From Polyangiaceae bacterium (GTDB taxonomy: Bacteria; Myxococcota_A; Polyangia; Polyangiales; Polyangiaceae), in NCBI GenBank assembly GCA_965222375.1, contig CBDCTZ010000016.1:1696001-1760000 (forward strand): a stretch of 64,000 nt of DNA, in the 5' to 3' direction. Below the pieces are notes generated by a model that worked only from the letters and a program-made list of their open reading frames with translations, did no database searches and was not told where the DNA came from. This document shows, one piece after another, positions 49,007-58,257 of the stretch. Every line of letters begins with the position of its first letter. Positions within the stretch are counted from its first letter, which is position 1. A program made the translations under genes and the position numbers.

Positions 49007-50067
49007 ACGCCATCTGGATCGCCATCAAAGACCTTCGGCTCTTGGTCCGAGATCGGGTTGCCGTGTTCTGGGTCCTCGGTTTTCCGCTCATTTTCGCGGT
49101 CCTCTTCGGCGAGGTGATCGCTTCCGCCTCGGAGCAGGACGAACGCACGTCAGACTTGGTGGTCGTGGATCAGGCGCAGACGGAAGCTTCCGCCAAGATC
49201 CTGAAGGTGCTTCAAGACGATGAGCGCCTGGATGTCGTCACTGCCGACGCCGCGGCCGCCCAGAGCGCCGTGCGGCGCGGAAGCCGGCTCGCATACCTGG
49301 TCATCCCCGCGCAGGGCGGGCCGCTGGAGCTTGGTGTCGATCCAACACGTACCTCCGAAGCGGCGATGCTCACGGGCAAGATCTCCAAAGCCATTGCTCC
49401 GCCCACGCCTGCCGGCGCGGGGTCGCCTGGCATCGATTTGATACGGGTCGGTTCCAACGGAAGCGATGGGCGCTCGGTAGCGTTTCCCGCGGCTCTGCTC
49501 TGGAGCCTGTTGGCATGCGCGGCGACGTTTGCCGTGAGCCTTGCCGCTGAACATGCATCCGGCACAGAGCTCAGGTTGCGCGCGGCTCCGATCTCTATTT
49601 CGTCCATCCTAGGGGGCAAGGCTTTGGCCTGCCTGCTCGCCTGTCTGTTCGGCTCGGCCTTGCTGGCGATTGCTGGCCGACTGATCCTCGGCATCATGCC
49701 GGGCAGCGCTGTCGCCGTCGCCGCCGCACTGTTCTGCGCATCGGTCTGCTTCGTCGGGCTGATCTTCTTGCTCGGGTCGATCGGTGGCAGCCAGCAGGCC
49801 GTGGCTGGCGCGGGCTGGGCTACGCTCATCGTCTTCGCCATGATCGGCGGCGCGATGGTGCCGCTATCGGCGCTGCCGGACTGGCTCGCGCCCATCAGCC
49901 ACATCAGTCCGGTCAAATGGGGCATCGTAGCCCTAGAAGGGGCGTACTTTCGGAGCTTCAGCGCCCGCGAACTCTTGCAGCCTTGCGCTGTGCTGCTGGC
50001 CATGGGCGCGGGCGCGGGTCTGTCAGGGTTGGCGCTGATGTCGCGGCGTTTCTCCAGCGGCACGTGA
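49003..50067 (+). CDS. ABC-2 transporter permease
   Basis: IAIKDLRLLVRDR..FWVLGFP, RLRAAP, GGAMVP, SPVKWG; ATGA overlap. Confidence 0.88.
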   Translation: MNAIWIAIKDLRLLVRDRVAVFWVLGFPLIFAVLFGEVIASASEQDERTSDLVVVDQAQTEASAKILKVLQDDERLDVVTADAAAAQSAVRRGSRLAYLVIPAQGGPLELGVDPTRTSEAAMLTGKISKAIAPPTPAGAGSPGIDLIRVGSNGSDGRSVAFPAALLWSLLACAATFAVSLAAEHASGTELRLRAAPISISSILGGKALACLLACLFGSALLAIAGRLILGIMPGSAVAVAAALFCASVCFVGLIFLLGSIGGSQQAVAGAGWATLIVFAMIGGAMVPLSALPDWLAPISHISPVKWGIVALEGAYFRSFSARELLQPCAVLLAMGAGAGLSGLALMSRRFSSGT

Positions 50068-50171
50068 GGCTCGTTTCCTGAGTGAATTCAGCAGGGCGCG
50101 AAAAGTTCGCTCTGCGTGAAACTGCCCGGGCAAGCTCGCCCTGCTTGGAAGGTTCGCGTTAGCATTGCGGC

Positions 50172-50915
50172 ATGGCGTCGCATCCGCGCGCGATCGAGCC
50201 GCGGCATGTCGGGTTGACGTTGAGTCTTCGTTGTAGTGCATGCGGCCGTCCGGCGCCCGCAGTTGGCCTCGACCAACCCGCCGCCTGTGGCTGCGGCCAG
50301 ACGACTGGGGTCCCCTCGACTCTCTGGTCCGAGGTGTTGGATCGGGCGGACTTGTCCAGCTACGAATCCACGCCCGGGCTGACTGATCAGTTTGAGCTCC
50401 AGGCCTCCACAGGTGCCGCGGAGGCGACGCTTCTGGTGGGCGAGGCGGTTTGCGAATGCGGCGCAGCTCTGCCGCTCCCGGAGATCGGCAGCACGGAGCT
50501 AGTCACTTGCCGCAAAGGCGCCCACGGCTTTCGTAGCATGCCCGTGCCCATGGTGGTGCGTGAGTCCGTGCCGACGGCTTTGCAGGTCACTCGCCCCGAG
50601 CCGCCCAGCGGCGCCCGCTTCTGGGTCACGTTTCACGGCACGCCGCGGGCGATTCGAGAACAACACAAGGCGAGCCTGGAAGCGGCGATCAAGGACCGCG
50701 CCGCACCGCTCTCGGTTCCGTCCTCCACGGGCCCGGTAAGCCTGCAGATGTCGTCCTATCAAATCGCCAAGCAGGCCGGCCCCAAGAAGAAAGAACGGGC
50801 GCCTCCATGGGTTATCGTGCTGGTGCTGCTCACCGCCGGAGCCGGGCTGGCCTGGTATTTCGCCGGACAAATGAGGAGCAAATCTCGAGGGGCATTGGTC
50901 GAAGACCCGCTATAG
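50172..50915 (+). CDS. Hypothetical protein with Cys motifs and C-terminal TM
   Basis: CSACG, CGCG, CECG; hydrophobic helix near the C-terminus. Confidence 0.6.
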   Translation: MASHPRAIEPRHVGLTLSLRCSACGRPAPAVGLDQPAACGCGQTTGVPSTLWSEVLDRADLSSYESTPGLTDQFELQASTGAAEATLLVGEAVCECGAALPLPEIGSTELVTCRKGAHGFRSMPVPMVVRESVPTALQVTRPEPPSGARFWVTFHGTPRAIREQHKASLEAAIKDRAAPLSVPSSTGPVSLQMSSYQIAKQAGPKKKERAPPWVIVLVLLTAGAGLAWYFAGQMRSKSRGALVEDPL

Positions 50916-50931
50916 AGTCGCACGCAGCCCC

Positions 50932-52245
50932 GTGCGCTGGTTTTCCCTTAGCATCCGCTTTCTCCACATCGTCCTGGTGTCCCTTTGGGTCAGCGGTTCG
51001 TGGCTGGTGCGACGCGTGTTCGCATTCGGAGCGACGTTGGAAGAAAAGCACGCGCTGTTCGGTGCCCACCTCGCGCGGCTGCTGTCCCATCTGGGCGCCA
51101 CCTTCATCAAGTTTGGACAGATCTTGAGCACCCGCCCCGACCTCCTGCCCCCCAAAGTGATTGAGGAGTTGAGCCGTCTGCAGGACGACGTGCCGCCCCT
51201 GCCCTTAGCGCAGATCGGCCAAGTGATGACGGAAGAATTGGGCGACGACTGGAGCGAGAAGATCCACGAATTCTCCGAGCGCCCCGTCGCGGCTGCCTCC
51301 GTCGCTCAGGTACACCGCGCGAAGCTACCGGATGGGCGGGTGGTCGCGGTCAAGGTGCAGCGCCCGGAAGCGAGGCTGCAGATCGAACGAGATCTCGTGA
51401 TCTTGGCATTCTGGGCCCGGGTCCTCGATCACATCCCGAGCGTGCACATGTTGAGCTTGCCTGGTGCCGTAGAGCGTTTCGGCCATGCCCTGACAGGCCA
51501 GTTGGATTTCTCTCAGGAGGCGCGTAACAACCGGCGCTTCGCGACCACCTTCGCGGACGTCCAGGGCGTCGATGTTCCGGGGCTGATCGAAGGGCTGTGC
51601 ACGCCCCGAGTATTGGTGATGGACTTCGTCGAAGGCGTGAAAGCCACCGAGCCCGAAAAGGTCGGTGGGGATCGCGCCAAGCTCGCACGTATCGGCGGCG
51701 AAGCCGTTTTGAAGATGATCTTCAACGACGGTTTCGTGCACGCGGATCTGCACCCCGGGAACATCATTTTGACCCAGGACGACCGCGTGGTGCTGATCGA
51801 TCTGGGCATGGTGACCGAGATCCCCGCCGAGCTCCTGCGCCCCTGGGTCGAGACCTTCGTGGCTCTATCCCAGCGCGACGGCGACGCTGCCGCCCGGCTT
51901 TTCTTCACCTACGCACCGACCGTGGGCAACACGGACTATGCGGCGTTTTCGGCGGATGTGAACAAGCACTTGGACGGCTTGTACGGCAAGAGCCTCGGGG
52001 AGGTGGAGATTAGCACCGCCGTCAGTGGGATGATGAACGTGCTGCGCAAGCACCGGGTGCAGATCGACCCCGCCTTCACGGTCGTGAACATCGCGCTGTT
52101 GGTGGCGGAAGGACTCGGCAAGCAGCTGGACCCAGGCATCGATCTGGTCCCGCTGGCGCAGCCATATCTGGCGAATGCGATGTTGACAGCACCGCCAGGC
52201 CGGGCGCCGTATCGGGAGGTACCGGCAGCCCAGGCGGCGGCTTGA
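50932..52245 (+). CDS. AarF/UbiB (ABC1) family kinase-like protein
   Basis: LGATFIKFGQILSTRPDL, LQDDVPP, AAASVAQVHRA, VAVKVQRP, HADLHPGN, DLGMV. Confidence 0.93.
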   Translation: MRWFSLSIRFLHIVLVSLWVSGSWLVRRVFAFGATLEEKHALFGAHLARLLSHLGATFIKFGQILSTRPDLLPPKVIEELSRLQDDVPPLPLAQIGQVMTEELGDDWSEKIHEFSERPVAAASVAQVHRAKLPDGRVVAVKVQRPEARLQIERDLVILAFWARVLDHIPSVHMLSLPGAVERFGHALTGQLDFSQEARNNRRFATTFADVQGVDVPGLIEGLCTPRVLVMDFVEGVKATEPEKVGGDRAKLARIGGEAVLKMIFNDGFVHADLHPGNIILTQDDRVVLIDLGMVTEIPAELLRPWVETFVALSQRDGDAAARLFFTYAPTVGNTDYAAFSADVNKHLDGLYGKSLGEVEISTAVSGMMNVLRKHRVQIDPAFTVVNIALLVAEGLGKQLDPGIDLVPLAQPYLANAMLTAPPGRAPYREVPAAQAAA

Positions 52246-52377
52246 GGTGTCAACGGTACTGCCGGCCGGGCGCCGTATCGGGAGGTACCGGCAGCCCAGG
52301 CGGCGGCTTGAGGTGTCAACGGCACCGCCGGCCGGGCGCCGTATCGGGAGGTACCGGCAGCCCGGGCGGCGGCTTGA
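52198..52377 (+). repeat. Three tandem copies (66-bp period) of the AarF gene 3' end
   Basis: GGCCGGGCGCCGTATCGGGAGGTACCGGCAGCCCRGGCGGCGGCTTGA at 52198, 52264, 52330. Confidence 0.92.
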
Positions 52378-52390
52378 TGATCTGTTTCGG

Positions 52391-52786
52391 CTAGCTGCGA
52401 GAGCGAGCGTCCGGGATGCGAACGTCGTCGGAGGTCCCAGCTTTGCCGTCGGGACCGGCGGAGCGAACGCTGACTTGTTCCGCGCACTGGATCCGGAATC
52501 GATTGCCCCAGGGGTCTTCGGTTGACGCCTCTCGGGATAGGAACCGCTCATGCTGCAACTGGGAGAGCGTTGGGCACCCGTCGCCGCCTTCTACGTCTTC
52601 CGCCTTCTTCCATTCCTCTGCCGCGTTCAGAACGCGCTGGGCATCTGTGACAGCATTGTCGGCATTGGTTCGGGCCTTGGAGGAGGAGACCAACCAGGCG
52701 CTACCGCCGGCAAGCAATGCGATTGCCGCGATCCCCACGCCTAACTCGACAGTCGTCACTCCTCTTTGTCGTTGTCGTGAACTCAT
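52391..52786 (-). CDS. Prepilin-like / GspG-like protein
   Basis: RG|VTTVELGVGIAAIALL type IV signal, DPWGNRF, RSAGPDGKAGTSDD. Confidence 0.82.
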   Translation of the reverse strand: MSSRQRQRGVTTVELGVGIAAIALLAGGSAWLVSSSKARTNADNAVTDAQRVLNAAEEWKKAEDVEGGDGCPTLSQLQHERFLSREASTEDPWGNRFRIQCAEQVSVRSAGPDGKAGTSDDVRIPDARSRS

Positions 52787-52801
52787 CTCACCCAATAAGA
52801 G

Positions 52802-52817
52802 AGCAATCCGCATGCCA
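52802..52817 (-). promoter_or_regulatory. sigma54 -24/-12 promoter
   Basis: TGGCAT-GCGGA-TTGCT; palindrome TGACAA-C-TTGTCA at 52912-52924 could be an activator site. Confidence 0.65.
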
Positions 52818-53056
52818 CCTTGGATTCTCCGGCAATTCCCGTTTTCGCCTGATCTCCAGCTCGACAAAGCGTCAACCTGTCGGCACTCCGTGGTCTCCAA
52901 ACCACGCCCAGTGACAACTTGTCATCCAGGCACCGGCAACTGGGCGTGAGTGGGGTCGAGCCCGGAAGGCGGCGCACGCCAGTGGTGAAAAGCGCGTTTC
53001 GCCACCGCTGGAAGGCACCTCGCACCTCGCGTTGGCTTGTTTGGTTTTTGGGGTCG

Positions 53057-54075
53057 GTGCGCCAGGCAAAGCCTGGATGAGGAGGAGGTTAACTAGAGGA
53101 AAGTAGAAAGAAACCTCATGCTGGGACCTCGCGGGTGCCAAGTTCCGCCCGGCCAAGGTGGACCACCAGCCGGAAGCGAGCCTTGCGTGGCGGTACGAGC
53201 GCGAAAGCGGGAAGGAAAGCTGCGAAGCGTAGACAGCCAGCGTGTGGGCCGTGTGATTGAGCCCCGGAAGAAAATGCCTGTGGGTGCCGACGCCGTCGAC
53301 CCAGAGCGGAAGGCAACATCGCTGCAGAAGAGAGTAGGGCAGCCAGCCCGAATGGTCCGATGGAATGCAGCGGACCCACCGGGGTCGATGAGCAAGGCAC
53401 GCGCGCCAAGGTCCCCCAGGAACCTGGGAAATCCCGTCGTCTCCTTTCGCAAGGAAGGTACTGCCGATCGAAGGAATACGAAGTGACGCAGGACGGGCGG
53501 CGAGAAGGCCGAGCGCTCCGTAGTAGCCGTCGAAGCAGGGGAAGTGTCCAAGCGACCCTGTGGAGGGAAGGGAGTGCCGCAAGGTGGCGGACGCCCAGGC
53601 AGTTTCGACCTACTCGGCTTCACGCACTTCTGGGCGAAATCCCGGAAGGGCAACTGGGTGGTGAAGCAGAAGACCGCCAAGGACCGTTTGAGCCGTGCGC
53701 TAGTGCGCATCAACAAGTGGTGCCAACGCTGCCGACACGACCCAATTCAAGAGCAGTGCGAGATGCTGAGGAAGAAGTTGAAAGGTCACTTCGACTATTA
53801 CGGGATAACGGAAACTCGATTGCGATTGGACACTTCCGACATTGGGTCATCCGTCTGTGGCGCAAATGGCTCGATCGCCGCTCTTGGCGATCGCGCATGA
53901 ACTGGCCGAAGATGAAGTGCTTGCTGAAGCGATACCCGCTCCAGCAAGCACGGATCCGACGACCAATGCGCAGACTAAACGTAGCGAATCCGTAGTGTGA
54001 GGAGCCGGATGCGGTAGTCCCGCACGTCCGGATCTGTGGGAGGCCCGGGTGGGAAACTGCCCGGGCCCACCCGAG
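53057..54075 (+). mobile_element. Group II intron, internally deleted (probably bacterial class E)
   Basis: 5' GTGCG; EBS1 CGACCC (53297-53302) complementary to exon end GGGTCG; DV GAGCCGGATGCG...CGCACGTCCGGATC at about 54002-54034; DVI with bulged A ending CCACCCGAG. Confidence 0.88.
53583..53995 (+). pseudogene. ltrA: Remnant of intron-encoded RT/maturase (RT domain 7 + thumb/X only, frameshifted)
   Basis: FDLLGFTH...[12 protein letters not shown] then frameshift near 53810 to GNS...[10 protein letters not shown]...RYPL; no YADD. Confidence 0.85.
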
Positions 54076-54156
54076 TGGCTCTGCCGCGGACGTGGGGCAC
54101 TAATCTCGCGCTGGCCCCCAAGGTTCGGTCCGGCCTACGCCACGCGTCGGCCTCTG

Positions 54157-54900
54157 CTAACAGGTGCCGCAGCCGTAGCTGGTGACTTCGGCGACGCAGC
54201 TGCTGTCCCAGTCGAAGTTGCAGCAATAGGGGTCGCCGACGCAAACGCAGTTGGAAATCGTGGGGTTCGAGCAGCCGGGCGTGGAGTGCACCACGCAACA
54301 ATCCCCGCCGGTTCCGCCTCCGGAGCCTCCGCCGCCACCGCAGACCGATAGGTAGTCGGGGCAGCAATCGCCCGCGGCCTGGCAGAAGCTGTCGCAGTAG
54401 CAAAGGGCGAAGGGATCGCTCGAACCGCAGAAGCCCACGCAACTACCGGTCGAACCACCGAAGCCGCCGGTTGCGCCGAAGCCGCCGGTTGCGCCAAAGC
54501 CGCCGGTTGCGCCGAGGCCGCCGGTCGCACCGAAACCGCCGGTTGCGCCGAAGCCGCCGGTTGCGCCGAAGCCTCCGGTTGCGCCGAAGCCTCCGGTTGC
54601 GCCGAAGCCTCCGCTGCCCCCCGCGCCCGGGCTGCCGCCAGTGGGCCCGAACCCGCCGCTGCTGGTGCTCGCGTCGTTCCCCGGAGCAGCGTCGGGATTG
54701 CCCTTGGGCGCGTCCGCGCCTGCGTCACCGAACGCGCCGAAGCCGCCGGATGCACCCACGCCACTCGTCGCGCCGGTGCCGGTCGCGCCGCTGCCCGTCG
54801 CGCCGGTGCCTGTGGTGCCGCCGCTGCCCAAGAGCCCGTCATCGGATTGCGCGCAGGCAACGATTGCCAAGGGCAGACTGAGAAGGGCAAGCCGGCGCAT
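54157..54900 (-). CDS. Lipoprotein with GGFGAT repeats and Cys-rich C-terminal modules
   Basis: IVAC lipobox; CYCDSFC..GDCCPDY (somatomedin-B-like); CVCVGDPYCC...WDSSC. Confidence 0.8.
   Translation of the reverse strand: MRRLALLSLPLAIVACAQSDDGLLGSGGTTGTGATGSGATGTGATSGVGASGGFGAFGDAGADAPKGNPDAAPGNDASTSSGGFGPTGGSPGAGGSGGFGATGGFGATGGFGATGGFGATGGFGATGGLGATGGFGATGGFGATGGFGGSTGSCVGFCGSSDPFALCYCDSFCQAAGDCCPDYLSVCGGGGGSGGGTGGDCCVVHSTPGCSNPTISNCVCVGDPYCCNFDWDSSCVAEVTSYGCGTC
54454..54612 (-). repeat. 18-bp coding tandem repeat, (GG[FL]GAT)x8 plus partial
   Basis: GCCGAAGCCGCCGGTTGC-type units. Confidence 0.9.
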
Positions 54901-54914
54901 CGCTAACCGTTAGT

Positions 54915-55799
54915 CTAGCAGGCGGGTGCGCATCCGTTAGGCACATCACCGCCGTTAGGGCTTTGCCCCGGAGAGGACGCACGAGCTTTGTGGCCCGGGT
55001 AGCCAAACCGAGCGACGAAATCCCGGTGGGGCTCCAGCAGGGGTGACGCGGAGCCAAACAGGCCCTTGGCCCGGTAGCCCGTGGCGAGACTGATCACGCG
55101 TGCGGTGTGGCCCTCGGTTTCGAAGCGCACCCGCCATTCCTTGTACGCCAGCAGAAACCCGCTGCGCTCGGCACGAATGCGACGGTAAGGGTGCGGCGCC
55201 GCGCCGAGTTCGAGCTTTTCGCGCAAGGGCTTTTCCAAATGGATGCCATGGCGCCGCGCCAAGAAATCGAGCTGTTCGCGGGCTCGGGCCTCGAATACGA
55301 CCTGCAGGCTGGGGCCCTCGTCCGCGGGTGCGCCGAGCCATCCTGGGCCCCCCAAAAACAGCGCGTCGGTATAGGGAACGAAGGGCTTGAGATCCAACAC
55401 CGGCGTTCCATCGAGCAGGTCTACGCCGCGGACGTGGAGGTCCAAGCCGTCCACGCGCAATAGCTCCAACGCGCTGAACCCCAAGGGGTTTGGACGATGG
55501 GGCGAGCGCGTCGCGAAAACACCGCGCCGCTTATCCCCGCGAGGTGGCCGCACCTTTGCGCGCCAGCCGGGGCTCTTGTGGAACCAAAACAGCACCCAGA
55601 GCCCCTGACCAGCGACGAGATCTTCCAAGGCAAACTCGAACCCGCGACCCGCAAACAGTTCGATCACGCCTTCGACCTTGCTAGCCGCCGCGGGTTGCCT
55701 CGGCGCTTGCACAGCTTCCACAAACGGCGTGCGCGCGATCCCAATGGGATGGAGTCGAAGCTCGTCCGAAAGCTTGCTTGTTTCCAACTCGCGCACCAT
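54915..55799 (-). CDS. trmO: tRNA m6t6A37 methyltransferase TrmO/TsaA
   Basis: PIGIARTPF..APRQP, KVRPPR, GVFATRSPHRPNPLG, GVDLLDGTPVLDLKPF. Confidence 0.9.
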   Translation of the reverse strand: MVRELETSKLSDELRLHPIGIARTPFVEAVQAPRQPAAASKVEGVIELFAGRGFEFALEDLVAGQGLWVLFWFHKSPGWRAKVRPPRGDKRRGVFATRSPHRPNPLGFSALELLRVDGLDLHVRGVDLLDGTPVLDLKPFVPYTDALFLGGPGWLGAPADEGPSLQVVFEARAREQLDFLARRHGIHLEKPLREKLELGAAPHPYRRIRAERSGFLLAYKEWRVRFETEGHTARVISLATGYRAKGLFGSASPLLEPHRDFVARFGYPGHKARASSPGQSPNGGDVPNGCAPAC

Positions 55800-56411
55800 G
55801 ACGGCGGACTTAGCGTGGCAACCGCAGCCTGTCGAGGACGACACCGATTCTGCGAGGAATTGGGTTGAGTCTTCTCGGTTCGCGCTCCCGCCCCGCGCGA
55901 GCGGCGCGCTTTGGCCACAGTTGCTGCGTTGGTTCGCTTCGCTCCGCTCGCGGCCTATGGCGACGATGTTACGTATGGGGCCGAGCCCTTCGAGATCTAC
56001 AGTCCGTCCAGCGTAACCTGCGCGGCTGACCCTGATGACAGGCGACTGACGGTCACGGCTGGGATCTGCTCTGGCCAGCCTACGTCCTGCTCGTTCAGCG
56101 CCAATGGACAGGCTCTCGAATTCGATATCGCGAGCTACGAGTGCAAAGACGACTCCAAGGATATGTCTACGGGCTGTGCCTTGGGCGACGGTTCCACGAG
56201 AGGCTCTGCTCGTGCTCCCCCGAGGTCTTCGGGATTGTTCGCCGCGGCGCTGACGTGCGCGTCACTTCTCCGCGACTCACGCGGCCGAGTATGAGCGGAA
56301 TACCGACTTTCCTGCTCGGTCAACGACGCTGAGGGAGTGGATTTTTCCAGGAAACCGTGTCCACAGTGACCGACGGCGGCGATGACTTCCGCAATCAGTC
56401 ACGATCTGGCC

Positions 56412-57656
56412 ATGAGCAAGCTAGCCGCGCTGGGCGTCCTGCTTGCCGCAGTCGCATGCACGCCGTCACCGACGGCGCCGCAGAATCCGCCATCTCAAAG
56501 CACCCCACCCGAGCCAACGCGCACGGCGTCCTCGCCGGCGCCCGCGCCATGCACGTCGGCACCCGCGCCACCCGGTGCCGCTCCCAACGGGCTTCAGGCC
56601 AAGTGGGGGACGCTCGACGCTAGCGCTTGGCAAGCCTCTTTGGACGGTTACGCATCGCCAGTTCCCATCGACCGGTTGCAGTTGCTAAACGCGGTACGCC
56701 GTCCATTCGCATCGTATGTCAACACTGTCCACACCGCTGTGCACCCGGTGTTTCGCGATTCGTTCATCGAGTATTTGGAGGGACTGCCTGCCACGCACCG
56801 GTTGAATGACCAGACCCTAGCTGTAACGTTGGAACTCGTGCTGGAGCCAACCACCGGCGGCGTGACGCGCATGGGGGTGATCGAGTCTTCCGGGCAAACC
56901 GATTTCGATGTGGGTGCTTTGGAATCAGTGAAGCGCGCCGCGCCCTTTGGTGCTGCTCCCCCGTCGATCGCGTCGGTCGACGGTCAGATCTACCTGCGGT
57001 GGAAGTTCCATCGCGATCCTATCCACGCATGCTCTGCCTACTTTGCCCGCCCGTTCTTGTTGTCCGCGAAACCCGCGGTTGCTCAATGCCAGGCCGGCAG
57101 CGAGAATGCTCTGGCTCTCAGCCTGGTCCTCGACAGCTCCGGCTCGATGAGCGGTGCTCCGATGGCGGGGGCACGAGACGCGGCCAAGGCAGCGATTCGT
57201 GCCGTAGCCCCTCGGGATTTCGTGAGTGTGATCGCCTTCGATGTTCGGCCGCGCAGACTCGCGCCGATCGCACGTCGTGGAAACGGAAAGGTCGCTCTAA
57301 ACTCGGTAGACGGAATTGGGCCAGGCGGCGGAACGGAAGGCCGACCCGCCCTCGAAATGGCGATGACCGAACTCGGCTCCTCCGCCGCCAAGCGCCGCCA
57401 CGTGATTTTCCTGACCGACGGCCGGATGCCAACCCGAGACTTCAAGCCGTTACTAGCCCGAATTCGCAGCTGCGGGATTACGGTGAGTACCGTCGCCCTG
57501 GGCCAAGGCGCCGACGCCACGTTCCTAAAATCCGTCGCCAGCCAGGGTGCCGGGCGCTTTTCGTTCGTCTCAGACCCCCGCAAGTTGACAGCACTATTCG
57601 CCGCCGAGGTGCGCTGGGCCAAGGCCGGTCATGGCAAAGGCACGAAAGCCCCTTGA
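56412..57656 (+). CDS. Lipoprotein with TonB/TolA C-terminal-like domain fused to a VWA domain
   Basis: AVAC lipobox; ESSGQTDFDVGALESVKRAAPFG; MIDAS DSSGSM, GGGT, LTDG. Confidence 0.78.
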   Translation: MSKLAALGVLLAAVACTPSPTAPQNPPSQSTPPEPTRTASSPAPAPCTSAPAPPGAAPNGLQAKWGTLDASAWQASLDGYASPVPIDRLQLLNAVRRPFASYVNTVHTAVHPVFRDSFIEYLEGLPATHRLNDQTLAVTLELVLEPTTGGVTRMGVIESSGQTDFDVGALESVKRAAPFGAAPPSIASVDGQIYLRWKFHRDPIHACSAYFARPFLLSAKPAVAQCQAGSENALALSLVLDSSGSMSGAPMAGARDAAKAAIRAVAPRDFVSVIAFDVRPRRLAPIARRGNGKVALNSVDGIGPGGGTEGRPALEMAMTELGSSAAKRRHVIFLTDGRMPTRDFKPLLARIRSCGITVSTVALGQGADATFLKSVASQGAGRFSFVSDPRKLTALFAAEVRWAKAGHGKGTKAP

Positions 57657-57800
57657 GCGCGCCAGCGCGAGGGTCTTGGCAGCGCTCGCCTATGTGTCGT
57701 CGCGACTTGGGGGTAGGCGCGGCGCCGCCCCGGGCGATTGCGGTCGCATCTCGTGTTCGTATTGCGCCGGCGGCAGCGAGTCTGCTCTGCTACCGCTCGA

Positions 57801-58121
57801 ATGACCTCGCGGGTTGATCCGGTCAGTGTGACCCGGGCCCGGTGGGCGGGCAGCCTGACCTGGGTGGTCCTGGCGTTGACCTTCATTGGTCTGCTTGGAG
57901 GCTTGCACCCGAGTGATCGGAGCCGCAACATCGTCGTGGTGGTGGCCGCGGTGATGGTGCTGGGGCTGAACGTGCCAACCGTTTCGGTGCTCGTTGCGCG
58001 GACGCGCGCGAAACACCCGTGGCGCGTGGTCGTGCTTGAAGGCTTGGGCCTGTGCTTCCGCCTAGTCGCAGCCGTCATGGTGCTCGACTTTGTCGTCGGA
58101 ATCAGCCACGAAGGTCGGTAG
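57801..58121 (+). CDS. Small membrane hypothetical protein
   Basis: Three hydrophobic segments; ATG start. Confidence 0.5.
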   Translation: MTSRVDPVSVTRARWAGSLTWVVLALTFIGLLGGLHPSDRSRNIVVVVAAVMVLGLNVPTVSVLVARTRAKHPWRVVVLEGLGLCFRLVAAVMVLDFVVGISHEGR

Positions 58122-58138
58122 GCGCGCAGGAACTCGCT

Positions 58139-58192
58139 CCGCGCGAGGTGCCGATGACGCACTCGGCGGCACATTCAACCAACCAACAAACC
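58139..58192 (+). repeat. Dispersed hairpin repeat, copy A
   Basis: CCGCGCGAGGTGCCGATGACG-N7-CGGCACATTCAACCAACC; matches 60260-60306. Confidence 0.85.
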
Positions 58193-58257
58193 GAACGCCG
58201 ATAGCACCATTCCGTTGGCGAAGGCTGCGACTTTCCGCCGCTGACGCTTTCGGCTAG

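Noticed and set aside
52198..52377. Mini-CRISPR (48-bp repeat, 18-bp spacers)
   Set aside because: The spacers are near-identical and the repeat is the coding end of the AarF gene.
53093..53716. ORFs across the intron 5' region
   Set aside because: They overlie ribozyme domains and show no protein motifs.
32206..54075. Diversity-generating retroelement (Avd-like gene plus RT)
   Set aside because: The RT remnant is group II intron-type, lacks the catalytic domain and is 21 kb away; no TR/VR pair with adenine-specific differences was seen.
55911..56294. 127-aa ORF with Cys-containing middle part
   Set aside because: Weak start and non-coding-looking ends; possibly a remnant but not supportable.
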